A DNA stretch of 64,000 nt from a bacterium UBP8_UBA817 (GTDB lineage: Bacteria; Margulisbacteria; Marinamargulisbacteria; SXXA01; SICP01): contig CAMDGG010000004.1 of the NCBI GenBank assembly GCA_945898045.1, positions 6,422-70,421 on the forward strand. The letters run 5' to 3'. Shown here in pieces: positions 27,339 to 37,462 of the stretch (positions within the stretch are counted from its first letter, which is position 1; each line of letters begins with the position of its first letter). The notes under the pieces are model-generated. The model had not been told where the DNA came from, did not search any database, and saw only the letters and a program-made list of their open reading frames with translations. Position numbers and translations under genes: made by a program.

Positions 27339-27366
27339 TTGCTAATCCCTAAAAAATAGATATAAT
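27339..27366 (+). promoter_or_regulatory. Sigma70-type promoter TTGCTA-N16-TATAAT, 6 nt before the ATPase ATG (leaderless-type)
   Basis: -35 at 27339-27344, -10 at 27361-27366, ATG at 27373, no Shine-Dalgarno. Confidence 0.55.
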
Positions 27367-27372
27367 GCGATT

Positions 27373-28515
27373 ATGATTCACCGAATTATAAATAAACCGC
27401 TGGCATTTAATAAAAGTTTCTTTCTGTTTGGTCCAAGGGGCACAGGAAAAACAACCTGGTTAACCTCTGTTTTTCCGGATGCAATAGTGATTAACCTATT
27501 AGAAGCTAGATTTTTCAACCCTCTTCAGGCCGACCCTGGAAGACTTTCGGATTTCATTCCAAAAGACCACAAAGGGTGGGTCATTATTGATGAAGTACAA
27601 CGCGTACCAGACTGCTTGAATGAAGTTCATCATCTCATCGAGACTCAAAAAATAAAGTTTGTTTTAACGGGATCTAGCGCACGAAAATTACGAAGGGCAG
27701 GCATAAATTTACTTGCTGGAAGAGCTATAAAGTATCACCTTTATCCTTTAACCGTTCATGAATTAAAAGAAAAGTTTGATATCAGAAAATCTTTAAAAAC
27801 AGGTCATCTCCCAGCAACTCTTTCCGAAGAATCTCCGGAATCATATCTCAAAACCTATATACAGATTTATTTAAGAGAAGAAGTGTTTCAAGAAAGTTTG
27901 GTTAGAAAAATATCGCATTTCTCAAAATTCTTGGAAGTAGCGTCCTTCTCACAAGGCAATTTAATCAACACGACATCCATAGCAAGAGAAGTGGGTGTCG
28001 ATAGAGGCACCATCGAAAATTATTTTGATATTTTAGAAGACCTCTTAATTGCTTATAGGATTCCTTGTTTTTCTAAAAAAGCCAAAAGGAAAACCGTAAT
28101 GGCTTCAAAGTTTTACTATTTTGATGTGGGTGTCTATCGTGCTATTAGACCCAATGGACCCTTGGATTCGCCAGACGAATTGGGAGGGGGCGCTCTTGAA
28201 ACGTTAGTTTTGCAAGAATTGATCGCTCTTAATGAATATTTCCAGCATGGCTACACACTCTATTTTTGGAGAACAATAGACGGAAAAGAAATAGACTTTG
28301 TTCTCTATGGCCCCAAGGGGTTAATAACTATTGAAATCAAAAAATCGGGTGCTATAAGACCAGAAGATCTAAAAGGAACGTTACTTTTTCAGAAAGAATA
28401 CCCAGTAGCCAAATCGTTTATCTTTTACGGTGGAAAAGTAAGGGAGTATAGACAAGGCATAACCTGTATCCCAGTAGAAGAGGCATTACAAAGTCTTAAT
28501 GACCTATTAGACTAA
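27373..28515 (+). CDS. AAA+ ATPase with DUF4143 domain, paralogue 3
   Basis: Walker A GPRGTGKTT, Walker B WVIIDEVQ. C-terminal EIDFVL..TIEIK. Closest in sequence to paralogue 1 (for example LTGSSARKLRR / LCGSSARKLRR). Confidence 0.85.
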   Translation: MIHRIINKPLAFNKSFFLFGPRGTGKTTWLTSVFPDAIVINLLEARFFNPLQADPGRLSDFIPKDHKGWVIIDEVQRVPDCLNEVHHLIETQKIKFVLTGSSARKLRRAGINLLAGRAIKYHLYPLTVHELKEKFDIRKSLKTGHLPATLSEESPESYLKTYIQIYLREEVFQESLVRKISHFSKFLEVASFSQGNLINTTSIAREVGVDRGTIENYFDILEDLLIAYRIPCFSKKAKRKTVMASKFYYFDVGVYRAIRPNGPLDSPDELGGGALETLVLQELIALNEYFQHGYTLYFWRTIDGKEIDFVLYGPKGLITIEIKKSGAIRPEDLKGTLLFQKEYPVAKSFIFYGGKVREYRQGITCIPVEEALQSLNDLLD

Positions 28516-28644
28516 ACTGCAAATTAAAAATTCAAATCAATAAGGTTGTACACTTCGTTTTTTTCCTTTTGATTTACATTTACAGCACCACCCTCTAAAA
28601 TTTATTATAGTAGATAAACTTACAGTCGTCTCTCGGAGGACATC

Positions 28645-29283
28645 ATGATCAATAGCGATATTTTGATTCTTTTTTCACAAGCGGGTATTATGAAAATCCC
28701 TCTTCTACTTTGTTCTGTTTGGGGGCTTTATTTGGTAATTCATGGGCTGCTTTTCTTATTTTTCAATCGCATTAAATTCGACATGGTTGATCAGCTAAAA
28801 GCCAGATATTTATCGTCTGGAAAACAATCTGCACTGCATGAACTTCGACATGAAAAAGGATTCCCGAGTCAAGTAATGGCGCACGCACTAACGATTACAC
28901 ATCTTGAAAAATCGGATATTAACGCTGACTTAGAACATTTTTTACACAAAGAAATCTCTGGTGTTGATCGGACGATTGCATTTTTGTCTGCAATTATTAC
29001 GGCGGCACCGATGTTGGGATTATTGGGAACGGTTTTGGGGATTATTAAAATTTTTGATGTCGTTTCTGGCACCGCTATTGGTGGAGATATTACAAAGCTG
29101 TCCGCAGGTGTTGCTGAGAGTTTATTGACTACTGCAGCGGGTCTTTTTATCGCTATTCCTTTGATTTTTTTCCATCAGTATTTGTCCAATAAAGTAGATG
29201 CCTATTTGGTAGAGCTAGAACAGGTTGGTCATGATGTTGTCTTGTTTTGTCAGACGAATGAGCCTGGCGGAGGCCAAGGATAA
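28645..29283 (+). CDS. exbB: MotA/TolQ/ExbB-family proton channel
   Basis: Three TM helices and the family string APMLGLLGTVLGII..SAGVAESLLTTAAGL. Confidence 0.85.
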   Translation: MINSDILILFSQAGIMKIPLLLCSVWGLYLVIHGLLFLFFNRIKFDMVDQLKARYLSSGKQSALHELRHEKGFPSQVMAHALTITHLEKSDINADLEHFLHKEISGVDRTIAFLSAIITAAPMLGLLGTVLGIIKIFDVVSGTAIGGDITKLSAGVAESLLTTAAGLFIAIPLIFFHQYLSNKVDAYLVELEQVGHDVVLFCQTNEPGGGQG

Positions 29284-29284
29284 T

Positions 29285-29704
29285 ATGAAGCGGTTTCGGA
29301 ATTCTGGCCGTGCGTCCGGCGTCCGTATAGAACTTGCACCGTTTGTAGATATTGTGCTCGTTCTTTTAATTTTCTTTGTTGTAGCCGCTAGTTTATCGAT
29401 GCATCAAAAAGGGTTACAAGTAAAATTACCAAGCGCCTCAACGGGAACCGATACACAGAAAGGCATTGTGTTAAGCGTAGATTCGTCTGAACATATTGCT
29501 TTAAATGAAGCACCTACAACAATGCAAACCTTGGCTGCTGATATCGCCCTACTTGTAAAAGCCGATCCGAAGACACATGTCATTATTCATGCTGATCAAT
29601 CTGTTCCGTATCATGTTGTGGTTGAGGTATTGGACCATGTTAGATTGGGCGGATGTTTCGATGTGGTTTTAGAAGCTCATGACACCAAACAACCAAACTC
29701 TTAA
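29285..29704 (+). CDS. exbD: ExbD/TolR-family protein
   Basis: ATG at 29285, 1 nt after the exbB stop, with GGAGG upstream. ELAPFVDIVLVLLIFFVV single TM with the conserved Asp. The track ORF start at 29225 is probably too early. Confidence 0.85.
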   Translation: MKRFRNSGRASGVRIELAPFVDIVLVLLIFFVVAASLSMHQKGLQVKLPSASTGTDTQKGIVLSVDSSEHIALNEAPTTMQTLAADIALLVKADPKTHVIIHADQSVPYHVVVEVLDHVRLGGCFDVVLEAHDTKQPNS

Positions 29705-30311
29705 GTATACCTCTTTGGCGGTGAGCATTGCGCTGCACGCCATTTTATTTTTCTTTTCATTTCCGTATATTAAGACGGTAGTATCGGATTCTGAGCCAAC
29801 TCTTTATAGCGTGCCCGTTTCTCTATCTATGTCAGCACCTCCAACTCTTGAGCCCACGCCCGAAGCACTCCCTACCCCACCCCCTCCAAAAACCCCGCCA
29901 CAGAAAAAGGCGCAATTAACACCACCGCCGGCACCACCTGCGAAACCGTCTCCGGCACAAACAAATCAGGCATCTGCAAAATCAGTTCCGTCTACCACAC
30001 TTCCAGGGACAGAATCTACACCGTCTGAATTACCTGGAGATCGAAAGTCTGCGATTCCATCATCTCCGATTGTTCCGGTCTATCCGAAATACGCTTTGAA
30101 TTTTGAATGGACAGGCACGGTTGTGGCAGAATTTACAATTGATGAGACAGGAAAAGTGGTCGGGCATAGACTGATTCGTACGAGTGGTCATGACATCCTT
30201 GACGAATCTTTTATTCGGTCTGTCACTTCACGTCATTTTGAGCCAAAACGTGTTCTCGGAAAATTTGTATCCGATACCATTCAACTGCGTCATGAATATA
30301 AATTGAGATAG
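29679..30311 (+). CDS. tonB: TonB-family energy transducer
   Basis: N-terminal anchor, Pro-rich spacer (PPTLEPTPEALPTPPPPKTPP...). C-terminal TonB_C fold string YPKYALNFEWTGTVVAEFTIDETGKV. Confidence 0.8.
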   Translation: MTPNNQTLKYTSLAVSIALHAILFFFSFPYIKTVVSDSEPTLYSVPVSLSMSAPPTLEPTPEALPTPPPPKTPPQKKAQLTPPPAPPAKPSPAQTNQASAKSVPSTTLPGTESTPSELPGDRKSAIPSSPIVPVYPKYALNFEWTGTVVAEFTIDETGKVVGHRLIRTSGHDILDESFIRSVTSRHFEPKRVLGKFVSDTIQLRHEYKLR

Positions 30312-30320
30312 GAGTTATTG

Positions 30321-32258
30321 ATGAAATTACGACTATTATTATTGGCAGTTTTATTTGGATCACTTTCTATTTTACAAGCAGAGAATTTGTCTGTTGAAAA
30401 TGAATTTATTAAACTCATCGTCAATAAGGGCCCGGAAGATCTTGGTAGATTTGCGATAGAAACTACCGGCGGAGATCCTAAAAATTCGAAAGATAATAAT
30501 CAGTCTTTAATTTATGGTCAGCCTGTTCCGTGGACTTCTTATACAACGGTTCGTATTGACGATCATGATTTTGTTTTTGGTGGACAGGGTCATAAGTTAA
30601 GCCAACGCTCTGGACAACCGATTACGTTTGGAACCGTTGTGTCACAAACTGTGCAACCCTCTAGTATTGTTACTGTATGTCGATTTGAGGATGTTCTTGT
30701 AACACAAACGCTTTCCTTTATTCGTAACGTCTCTACAAAAGTGATGGATACTGCACAGATTTCGTATTCAGCTGTAAATAAAGGCTCTGTTCCGCATAAC
30801 GTTGGGATTCGTATTATGATGGATACCAAGTTGGGTAGTAACGATGGCGCTCCGTTTCGGATTGGGACACATGCTGGCGATTCTGAGCAAAGCTTTCAGG
30901 GCGCGGCTTTATTTGACTATTGGCAAGCGTTTGACAACTTGGTTTCTCCTAACGTGATTGCGCAAGGTACGATTTATTCTGCGGAGCTGGGCATTGCCAA
31001 ACCGGACAAATTATATTTAGCCAACTGGGGAACGTTGTCCGACTATCCTTGGGATTTTCCGTATGAGCAGGGTCGTTCGTTTATACGAGCAGGTGAGGCA
31101 GAAAAAGATACGGCTCTTGCGCTGTATTGGAATCCCACCACATTGGCTCCGCAAAAATCACTGCAAGTCTCTACGTTGTACGGCTTGGGGGGGTTAACAC
31201 TTTCTCCAGGATTACTAAGTCTTGGGCTTACTGCACCTGCAGAAATTCATAGTAGTTCAAAACGGCCTTTTTTAATGATGGCATATGTTTCAAATTCTGG
31301 GGGGTATGATTCCCAAAATACGATTGTAACAGTTACGTTGCCAGAGGGATTTTCTCCTGTAAATGGGAAACGCACTTTCAATCTAGGAACCTTGCATTCA
31401 GGTGAGACGCGACAAATTCCAATGCAAATTGTGCTGGATACCCCACCGGCTGGCATTAAAACACTCAAAGTGTCCGTCCAATCCGACACGCTTGAAAGCA
31501 ATACACTTTCCAGAAAAATAGAGGTCTTGGCTCCTCCCAAAATCATCTCTAAACTACGTGTCCCTGTTTCTAAAACAGCCTCTATTAATGCCTACACCGA
31601 TGTTGTTGTGTCCGTGACCAATCCAACCACGCATACACTTCATGATATTGATGCTGAAATTAAACTTTCTGATCCTGCTAGCCTTGCAAGCTTTGAAGTC
31701 CCAAAAAAATCGCTTAAGTCTCTGCGCCCAGATCAAACGGTTTTACTGCATTGGAAAATTAATTTAAATACTTCCGAAAAAAAATCGGTTCCGATCTCTG
31801 TCTCTCTAGACTCATCAGCCACTAAACCAGACCTATTACAAGGAACAATACAAACAGGGCCAGACCCTTTTTCGGCGCATCTCTCACTGAGTGACACAAA
31901 CGTTGACACTGGCAGTTTTTTCTTCGCTGAATTCTCACTGCACCAGGCCCCTGCATTGCTAGGAGATACCTATGAAATTTTATATGATCCCGAGGAACTC
32001 ACATTGCTTCGGGTCAGTGAGGGGGCACGTTTTGTGGATCAGCCTAGCGCCTATTATGATACGGTGACAAAGACCCCCGGACGGGTTGAAATTGCTGATT
32101 TAAATACAGGGGAATCTATGTACAGACTCGATGTATGCAAGCTACATTTTCGCACCAAAAAACCAGGCGCTTCTAGCATTAAGTTAGTACATGGGGGCAA
32201 GGTGATTGAGACAGTAACTGTAAATAGTGAAACACAAAACAAAGGAGATTCTGAATGA
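30321..32258 (+). CDS. Secreted 645-aa protein with CARDB/DUF11-like middle repeats and a C-terminal cohesin-like domain
   Basis: Signal peptide MKLRLLLLAVLFGSLSILQA. YVSNSGGYDSQNTIVTVTLPEGF (CARDB-like). C-terminal FFFAEFSLHQAPALLGDTYEILYDPEELTLLRV...LHFRTKKPGASSIKL (cohesin-like). Confidence 0.55.
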   Translation: MKLRLLLLAVLFGSLSILQAENLSVENEFIKLIVNKGPEDLGRFAIETTGGDPKNSKDNNQSLIYGQPVPWTSYTTVRIDDHDFVFGGQGHKLSQRSGQPITFGTVVSQTVQPSSIVTVCRFEDVLVTQTLSFIRNVSTKVMDTAQISYSAVNKGSVPHNVGIRIMMDTKLGSNDGAPFRIGTHAGDSEQSFQGAALFDYWQAFDNLVSPNVIAQGTIYSAELGIAKPDKLYLANWGTLSDYPWDFPYEQGRSFIRAGEAEKDTALALYWNPTTLAPQKSLQVSTLYGLGGLTLSPGLLSLGLTAPAEIHSSSKRPFLMMAYVSNSGGYDSQNTIVTVTLPEGFSPVNGKRTFNLGTLHSGETRQIPMQIVLDTPPAGIKTLKVSVQSDTLESNTLSRKIEVLAPPKIISKLRVPVSKTASINAYTDVVVSVTNPTTHTLHDIDAEIKLSDPASLASFEVPKKSLKSLRPDQTVLLHWKINLNTSEKKSVPISVSLDSSATKPDLLQGTIQTGPDPFSAHLSLSDTNVDTGSFFFAEFSLHQAPALLGDTYEILYDPEELTLLRVSEGARFVDQPSAYYDTVTKTPGRVEIADLNTGESMYRLDVCKLHFRTKKPGASSIKLVHGGKVIETVTVNSETQNKGDSE

Positions 32259-32614
32259 AAAAATATAAATTGATGGTGTTATTAAGTGTCCTTATCCTAA
32301 CGGTAGGGAGCGTTGTTCTTCGTGCTGAGGAAACTGATCAAAAAAGTCTGAGTCAGTCTGATGTACAAGAACTTTCTGTCCTTTCAAAATCTTTCAAAAA
32401 TTATCTCACAAAAGTAGAAACCGCCAATAAGCTAACGGAGCTTAAAGTGACCAAGCTACAAGACGATCAAGTGGCTTTAGACGAGGACATGAGCGTTGTA
32501 CAGGCCGAATTGGAAGAAAAAATTGAAGCTCTCAAAAAAGAAAATGATGAGAAAAACTTCTGGATGATTATTGGCATTGTCGCTGCGGCTACCTTAGGAT
32601 TGGTTGCCAATTAA
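32255..32614 (+). CDS. Signal-peptide coiled-coil protein with a C-terminal TM anchor
   Basis: ATGA overlap with the upstream gene. MKKYKLMVLLSVLILTV signal, heptad-like acidic middle, C-terminal FWMIIGIVAAATLGLVA. Confidence 0.5.
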   Translation: MKKYKLMVLLSVLILTVGSVVLRAEETDQKSLSQSDVQELSVLSKSFKNYLTKVETANKLTELKVTKLQDDQVALDEDMSVVQAELEEKIEALKKENDEKNFWMIIGIVAAATLGLVAN

Positions 32615-33305
32615 TACGCGAAATCAGACCCTTATTGAGGGCATTGTAGCCAATCAAAGAGTATCTAGCGGGTACATTTTTTATGGCCCTCTGGGTGCGA
32701 ATCTTGAGGCTGCTTTGTTTTATTTTGCAGATCGTTTGCAGTGTACAGAATCTGCCGGAAACTTGTTTGTGTGTCGATCAGAAAAATCGATTGGTATAGA
32801 TCAAATTCGACAGGTTCAGGAATCTGTAAAGTTTGGTGCTGTTTCTGGCCACTATTTGGTGGTAATTATCCCAGAGTGTGATCGTCTTACGACTGAAGCG
32901 GCGAATGCGTTTTTAAAAACGCTTGAAGAACCACTTCCGGGCGTTTGTTTTTTATTGTCTACGCATCATCTGTTTCGAGTATTACCTACAGTGCGCTCTC
33001 GGTGTCAGCTTTTGGATTTTCCTGTAGAAACTGAGATCGTTTCGGATTCGTCACTGCTTAGTTTCCCGGATTTATTGGCACTTTCAGAAATGGATCGGTT
33101 TATACTTTCAGAAACGTTGTCGCAAGATAAGACACAAATTGACGCCCACCTGAGGTCTTGGATACAGTATGCAATCGACAATCCAGACGCACTTAGACCA
33201 CGAGATTTTGAGGCTGTAAAAATGATGATCGAAATTCTTCTACAATTACAGTATAATCTAAACCAACGTTTGCAATTGGACGCTTTACTTGCGAGGTTAT
33301 CATGA
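32604..33305 (+). CDS. holB: DNA polymerase III delta-prime subunit
   Basis: YIFYGPLG, NAFLKTLEEP, TVRSRCQ: clamp-loader delta-prime signatures. Confidence 0.8.
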   Translation: MPINTRNQTLIEGIVANQRVSSGYIFYGPLGANLEAALFYFADRLQCTESAGNLFVCRSEKSIGIDQIRQVQESVKFGAVSGHYLVVIIPECDRLTTEAANAFLKTLEEPLPGVCFLLSTHHLFRVLPTVRSRCQLLDFPVETEIVSDSSLLSFPDLLALSEMDRFILSETLSQDKTQIDAHLRSWIQYAIDNPDALRPRDFEAVKMMIEILLQLQYNLNQRLQLDALLARLS

Positions 33306-33646
33306 CATCCTGCCTATTTTGTAAGATTGTTAATGGTACCATTCCAGCAGATATTATTTACAACGATGGCGATGTATTGGCCTTTCGGGACATTGCTCCC
33401 AAAGCCCCTCACCATATTTTGGTTATTCCGAAACAACATTTAAAAAATGTGTTAGGACTGACCGAAGAACATGCTCGACTGATGGTTCAATTGTTCGCAG
33501 CTATTGATCGCATTTCAAAGGAACTGGGTGTTTCCGATTCAGGATTTCGAATCGTAACCAATACTGGAGAAAATGCGGGGCAAACAGTGGATCATCTTCA
33601 TTTTCATCTACTGGCAGGGCGCTCATTTTCATGGCCCCCCGGTTAA
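33302..33646 (+). CDS. HIT-family (HinT-like) nucleotide phosphoramidase
   Basis: CLFCKI, HHILVIPKQH, and the histidine triad HLHFHLL. Confidence 0.9.
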   Translation: MTSCLFCKIVNGTIPADIIYNDGDVLAFRDIAPKAPHHILVIPKQHLKNVLGLTEEHARLMVQLFAAIDRISKELGVSDSGFRIVTNTGENAGQTVDHLHFHLLAGRSFSWPPG

Positions 33647-33662
33647 CTTAGGAGGAATTTAC

Positions 33663-33863
33663 ATGGCACGTCAGGAAAAAAGACCCGGAGAATCAATCGA
33701 TTCTGTTTTACGGAAATTTAAGAGAAAGTTGAAAAATGAAGGAACCCTACAAGAACTACGTTTACGCGAGTTTTTCGAAAAGCCTTCTGATCTAAAAAAA
33801 CGTAAAAAGAAAGCTGCAGAACGTCGCACCAAGCAGCAGCAAAGTGCGAGTGACGTTTTTTAA
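33663..33863 (+). CDS. rpsU: 30S ribosomal protein S21
   Basis: GGAGG 8 nt upstream of the ATG at 33663. ESIDSVLRKFKRKLKNEGTLQELRLREFFEKPS is the canonical S21 sequence. The track ORF start (33573) is too early. Confidence 0.9.
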   Translation: MARQEKRPGESIDSVLRKFKRKLKNEGTLQELRLREFFEKPSDLKKRKKKAAERRTKQQQSASDVF

Positions 33864-34980
33864 GTTAATTCAATTTCGTTTTCGCCCATTTACACTTCTC
33901 GACCGCTATTTATTTCGTCAATTTGCAGGCCCATTTATGATTGCCATAGGTGGGTTTGCATTAATTGGCATTGTGGATATTTTGATGTATTTGGTCGACC
34001 TGGCTATTTCTCAAGGCATCCCCGTTTTTGTCACATTTCGTCTTCTTCTATATAAACTCCCTGCCATTATGGTGCTCTTCTTTCCCATGGCGGTTCTTTT
34101 TGCTGTGATGCTGGTGCTTATACGTATGGCCAAAGACAATGAGCTCACGATCTTACAGGCCTCTGGGGTTATGATTGGACGGGTGCTCGCCCCACTCCTC
34201 TTACTCTCCGTTTTGGTTTCTGGTCTTTCTTATGTCACTAATGAAAAAGTGGTGCCTTGGACCAACCGTGTTTCTGACACACTGATTCGACGTGAAATCA
34301 CTAAAAAACCAATTCTTGAAGTCGCTGAAAATGTCATTTTCAAAGTCCCTGGAGACCGGTATTTTTATATTAAATCTGTTGATCCCGCCACTACGACATT
34401 ACGTGGTATTTTTATTTTTGAAGAAGGCCCTCTGTTCCCCCGGATTACGACCGCAAAATTGGCCCATTGGAACGAAAAATCTTGGACTCTGGAAGATGGT
34501 GCTATTTATGAAGTAAATGATAATGGGCATTTGGAATTTTTTGATCATTTTAAAAAGGCGACGATTCATGTTGATCAAGAATTGAGTGCGTTTTATGAAC
34601 AGCATAAATCTCCTAAAGAAATGAACTCCGCTGAATTGCAAAATAAAATCCAGGTCTTATCTAGTGGCGGAATTAATACGCGTACTCTTCAGGTGGAACT
34701 TGCACTCAAAAAAAGCATTCCTATAGCCTGTCTTATTTTTGGTATGATTGGCATTGCGTTTTGCTTAACATTTGTACGCACCGGAAAAGACTGGTGGGGG
34801 GTTATTGTGGCCATTTGTGCAGCTGTGTTGGTTGTTGGATTTTATTTCTTTATTGTCGCGATATTTCGCGCCCTTGCTAATGATGGTCATTTGACGCCTT
34901 TTTTGGGAGCATGGATTCCTAATTTAGCGTATGGATTTGTAGGTGGTAGCGTGATTTTGTATCAGTCTATTTTTAAATAA
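33844..34980 (+). CDS. LptF/LptG-family LPS export permease (YjgP/YjgQ)
   Basis: LDRYLFRQFAGPF N-terminus, 3 TM helices, a periplasmic beta-jellyroll, then 3 more TM helices. Confidence 0.85.
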   Translation: MRVTFFKLIQFRFRPFTLLDRYLFRQFAGPFMIAIGGFALIGIVDILMYLVDLAISQGIPVFVTFRLLLYKLPAIMVLFFPMAVLFAVMLVLIRMAKDNELTILQASGVMIGRVLAPLLLLSVLVSGLSYVTNEKVVPWTNRVSDTLIRREITKKPILEVAENVIFKVPGDRYFYIKSVDPATTTLRGIFIFEEGPLFPRITTAKLAHWNEKSWTLEDGAIYEVNDNGHLEFFDHFKKATIHVDQELSAFYEQHKSPKEMNSAELQNKIQVLSSGGINTRTLQVELALKKSIPIACLIFGMIGIAFCLTFVRTGKDWWGVIVAICAAVLVVGFYFFIVAIFRALANDGHLTPFLGAWIPNLAYGFVGGSVILYQSIFK

Positions 34981-34981
34981 C

Positions 34982-37462
34982 ATGCCTTTTATTTTACCGA
35001 CTACAGACTCTGTATCTCTCAATGCAAAAGACCAAGCGTCTCGAGAATTTGACTTGGGCCTACTCATGGTGCGCCGGAATCAAACATTGGAAGCCCTAGA
35101 ACGCTTTAAGCGTGTTATCGCCCTAGACCCCAAGCAATTACCTGATGTCTTAATCGTATTGTATAAGCGCTTAAATGCGCAATTTGGGTTGATGGGTTTG
35201 CGTTTACTCATTGCGGATTTGTATTTTCATTGCAAGCTGTATCCAGAAGCGTTACACGAGTTGGAAGAAGCGGTAGATATAGATGCAGATTATACGCAAT
35301 CGTATCTACTCCTGAGTAAACTTTACAAACATTTTCCTGACAAAAATGTGGTGCGCCCTCTCTTTGAAAAAGCGTTCGAAAAAGGGCTTCGAGATGCCGC
35401 TATTTTGGATCTTTTGCCTAAGCTTTATCTTGAAACAGGACACTATGAACAAGGCGTTTCGTTTTATGAGACATTGGTTTCAGAGCAACCTAGTAGCCAT
35501 CACTACAAAGCCCTACTTTCATTCTATTTCTATTCTGGACAGCATTTGGAAGCCGCTAAGATTTACGAAAAACTGTCTACGGAATCACCTGAAGAAATTG
35601 GCGTGATGGCCGAAAAATGTGAAGAATTGGTGGCGCTTAATCCTGAGAACGCCCAAATTCGTCGCATTTTAATCTCGATGTATATTAAAGGCTTTCATCC
35701 TTTAAAAGCTCTGAACCATTTGGAGCATTTAATACGACTCGGTCAGGTAGCGCGCGCAGAAGCGATTCAAGAATTGCGTGACATGCTGTCGTTGTTTCCA
35801 AATACCCATGATATTTTGCTGTATTTATCGGATTTACTCATCCAAGAAAACGCGTTTTCAGAGGCCGTTTCTTTGTTGCAATTGACCTCTGAACACGTAC
35901 TCAGCCCCGAAGAATTTATTCCAATTATTCGTCTTTTGAAACGGGTATTGAGTTTGTATCCCAATCAGATTATGGCGCTCCAACTCCTTTCTGACATTTC
36001 GTTTAAACAACATCATTATGCAGAAAGTTTGTCTTACATCACCTTGCTTTTGGTGGCAGAATCCTCGGAATTTCAGTTTATTGAAACGCGACTTTTAGCG
36101 TTGATGGATCAGGATCCCGACTTGGCATTGGATTGTCGTTTATGCCTTGCACGCGTGGCGTTTAAGAAAGGTGAATTTGCGCAATGTACGGTAGAGGCCA
36201 TGAGACTTAGACATACCAAGCATGATTTAGCTGCCACGTTTTTATTGTCGGAATTGGCGCTAGCGCAAGGCCAGCATCAAGACGCCTTATCACTTTTATT
36301 TACGGCCCTTGAGAGTCATTCTGAGTCTTGGGAATTACATGAACGGATTCAGGATTTACAAGATCAGCATGTTCAGGCCTCTTTAACGTCCCTCTCTGCG
36401 TCTCAACCCTCTGCTGACGGATTATTAAAGACAGGTATTTTGTATTTATACGTTGGAGATTTTTATAAGGCACTCGATCACTTCCAGAAAATTGGGTCGG
36501 GACATACACTTTTTACAGAAGCTCAGCTCTTAATTAGTCGATGCTTTTTAGAAATGGGTCGATACGATTTGTCGGTGAGCCAACTCACGCGTCTGTTACA
36601 AAGCCAGGGTGACCACTTACCGTTTCAAAATCGGGTTCGGTATTTGATGAGTATTAATTATTTACATATGGGTGATCTGTCCCAGGCCATGCATTATTTG
36701 GAAAAAATCATGGAATATGATGTTAATTTCCCGAATGTTCAATCTTTAATCGCACAGAAAAAAAATGAAAGCTTTTTGGATCTTCGTGGCCTCATGCTAG
36801 GCGCGTGCTTAGATACCCAAGAGTCGCTAGCCGTCTTTAGCATTCAAAATCTTGAAAACGAAACGTTTGCCCACTCCAATACACTCAGTTTTGCGCATCC
36901 GCATAATAATAATGGTGTCGCACATGTTCTAAAACGCAATTTAAAAACGGCTGAAGAAGAATTTAAATTGGCGCTACAAATGGATGATTCTCTCACGGCC
37001 ACGCATTGCAATTTGTCGGTACTCTATTTACTCAAACAAGAGTTCGAGCCGGCCATGTCACATCTTGCTCGGGCCTCTGAGCACGCGCGTAAATTGGACG
37101 CGATTGGCCTTACAAAAGGACTGGCCTATATGATGCAATCACAACCAGAAAAGGCTCTTGTACAGTTTGAAGCTGCTTACACACTCAACCCTCATAATCC
37201 ATTGGTCTTATTTAATTTAGGCGAATGGCATTATCGCAAACATCGACTCCAAGATGCGGTTCGCTATTGGCGTCAGGCATTGGCAACGGGTCATGTGTTT
37301 CATTTGCTGCATCGCAGATTACGATATTTAAGTTTAACACCCGAGACGCTTGCCCATTGGACAGAACTTTTCACATTATCGTTTATCCCTTACTTTTCAA
37401 CTCCCCTAGTAATCCATAAAAAAGTTGTCTCTCCGCCCACTTCTCTGACTTTATTTGAGTGA
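34982..37462 (+). CDS. Large TPR-repeat protein
   Basis: 826 aa with recurrent 34-residue A/L/Y-pattern helical repeats throughout. No catalytic motif seen. Confidence 0.65.
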   Translation: MPFILPTTDSVSLNAKDQASREFDLGLLMVRRNQTLEALERFKRVIALDPKQLPDVLIVLYKRLNAQFGLMGLRLLIADLYFHCKLYPEALHELEEAVDIDADYTQSYLLLSKLYKHFPDKNVVRPLFEKAFEKGLRDAAILDLLPKLYLETGHYEQGVSFYETLVSEQPSSHHYKALLSFYFYSGQHLEAAKIYEKLSTESPEEIGVMAEKCEELVALNPENAQIRRILISMYIKGFHPLKALNHLEHLIRLGQVARAEAIQELRDMLSLFPNTHDILLYLSDLLIQENAFSEAVSLLQLTSEHVLSPEEFIPIIRLLKRVLSLYPNQIMALQLLSDISFKQHHYAESLSYITLLLVAESSEFQFIETRLLALMDQDPDLALDCRLCLARVAFKKGEFAQCTVEAMRLRHTKHDLAATFLLSELALAQGQHQDALSLLFTALESHSESWELHERIQDLQDQHVQASLTSLSASQPSADGLLKTGILYLYVGDFYKALDHFQKIGSGHTLFTEAQLLISRCFLEMGRYDLSVSQLTRLLQSQGDHLPFQNRVRYLMSINYLHMGDLSQAMHYLEKIMEYDVNFPNVQSLIAQKKNESFLDLRGLMLGACLDTQESLAVFSIQNLENETFAHSNTLSFAHPHNNNGVAHVLKRNLKTAEEEFKLALQMDDSLTATHCNLSVLYLLKQEFEPAMSHLARASEHARKLDAIGLTKGLAYMMQSQPEKALVQFEAAYTLNPHNPLVLFNLGEWHYRKHRLQDAVRYWRQALATGHVFHLLHRRLRYLSLTPETLAHWTELFTLSFIPYFSTPLVIHKKVVSPPTSLTLFE

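Noticed and set aside
28516-28644. Searched the exbB upstream region for a Fur box
   Set aside because: Only AT-rich sequence (ttattatagtagataa) with no convincing 19-bp GATAATGATAATCATTATC-like palindrome.
29830-30010. Locally GC/Pro-rich stretch that could suggest foreign DNA
   Set aside because: It is the normal proline-rich spacer of TonB (PPTLEPTPEALPTPPPPKTPP...).
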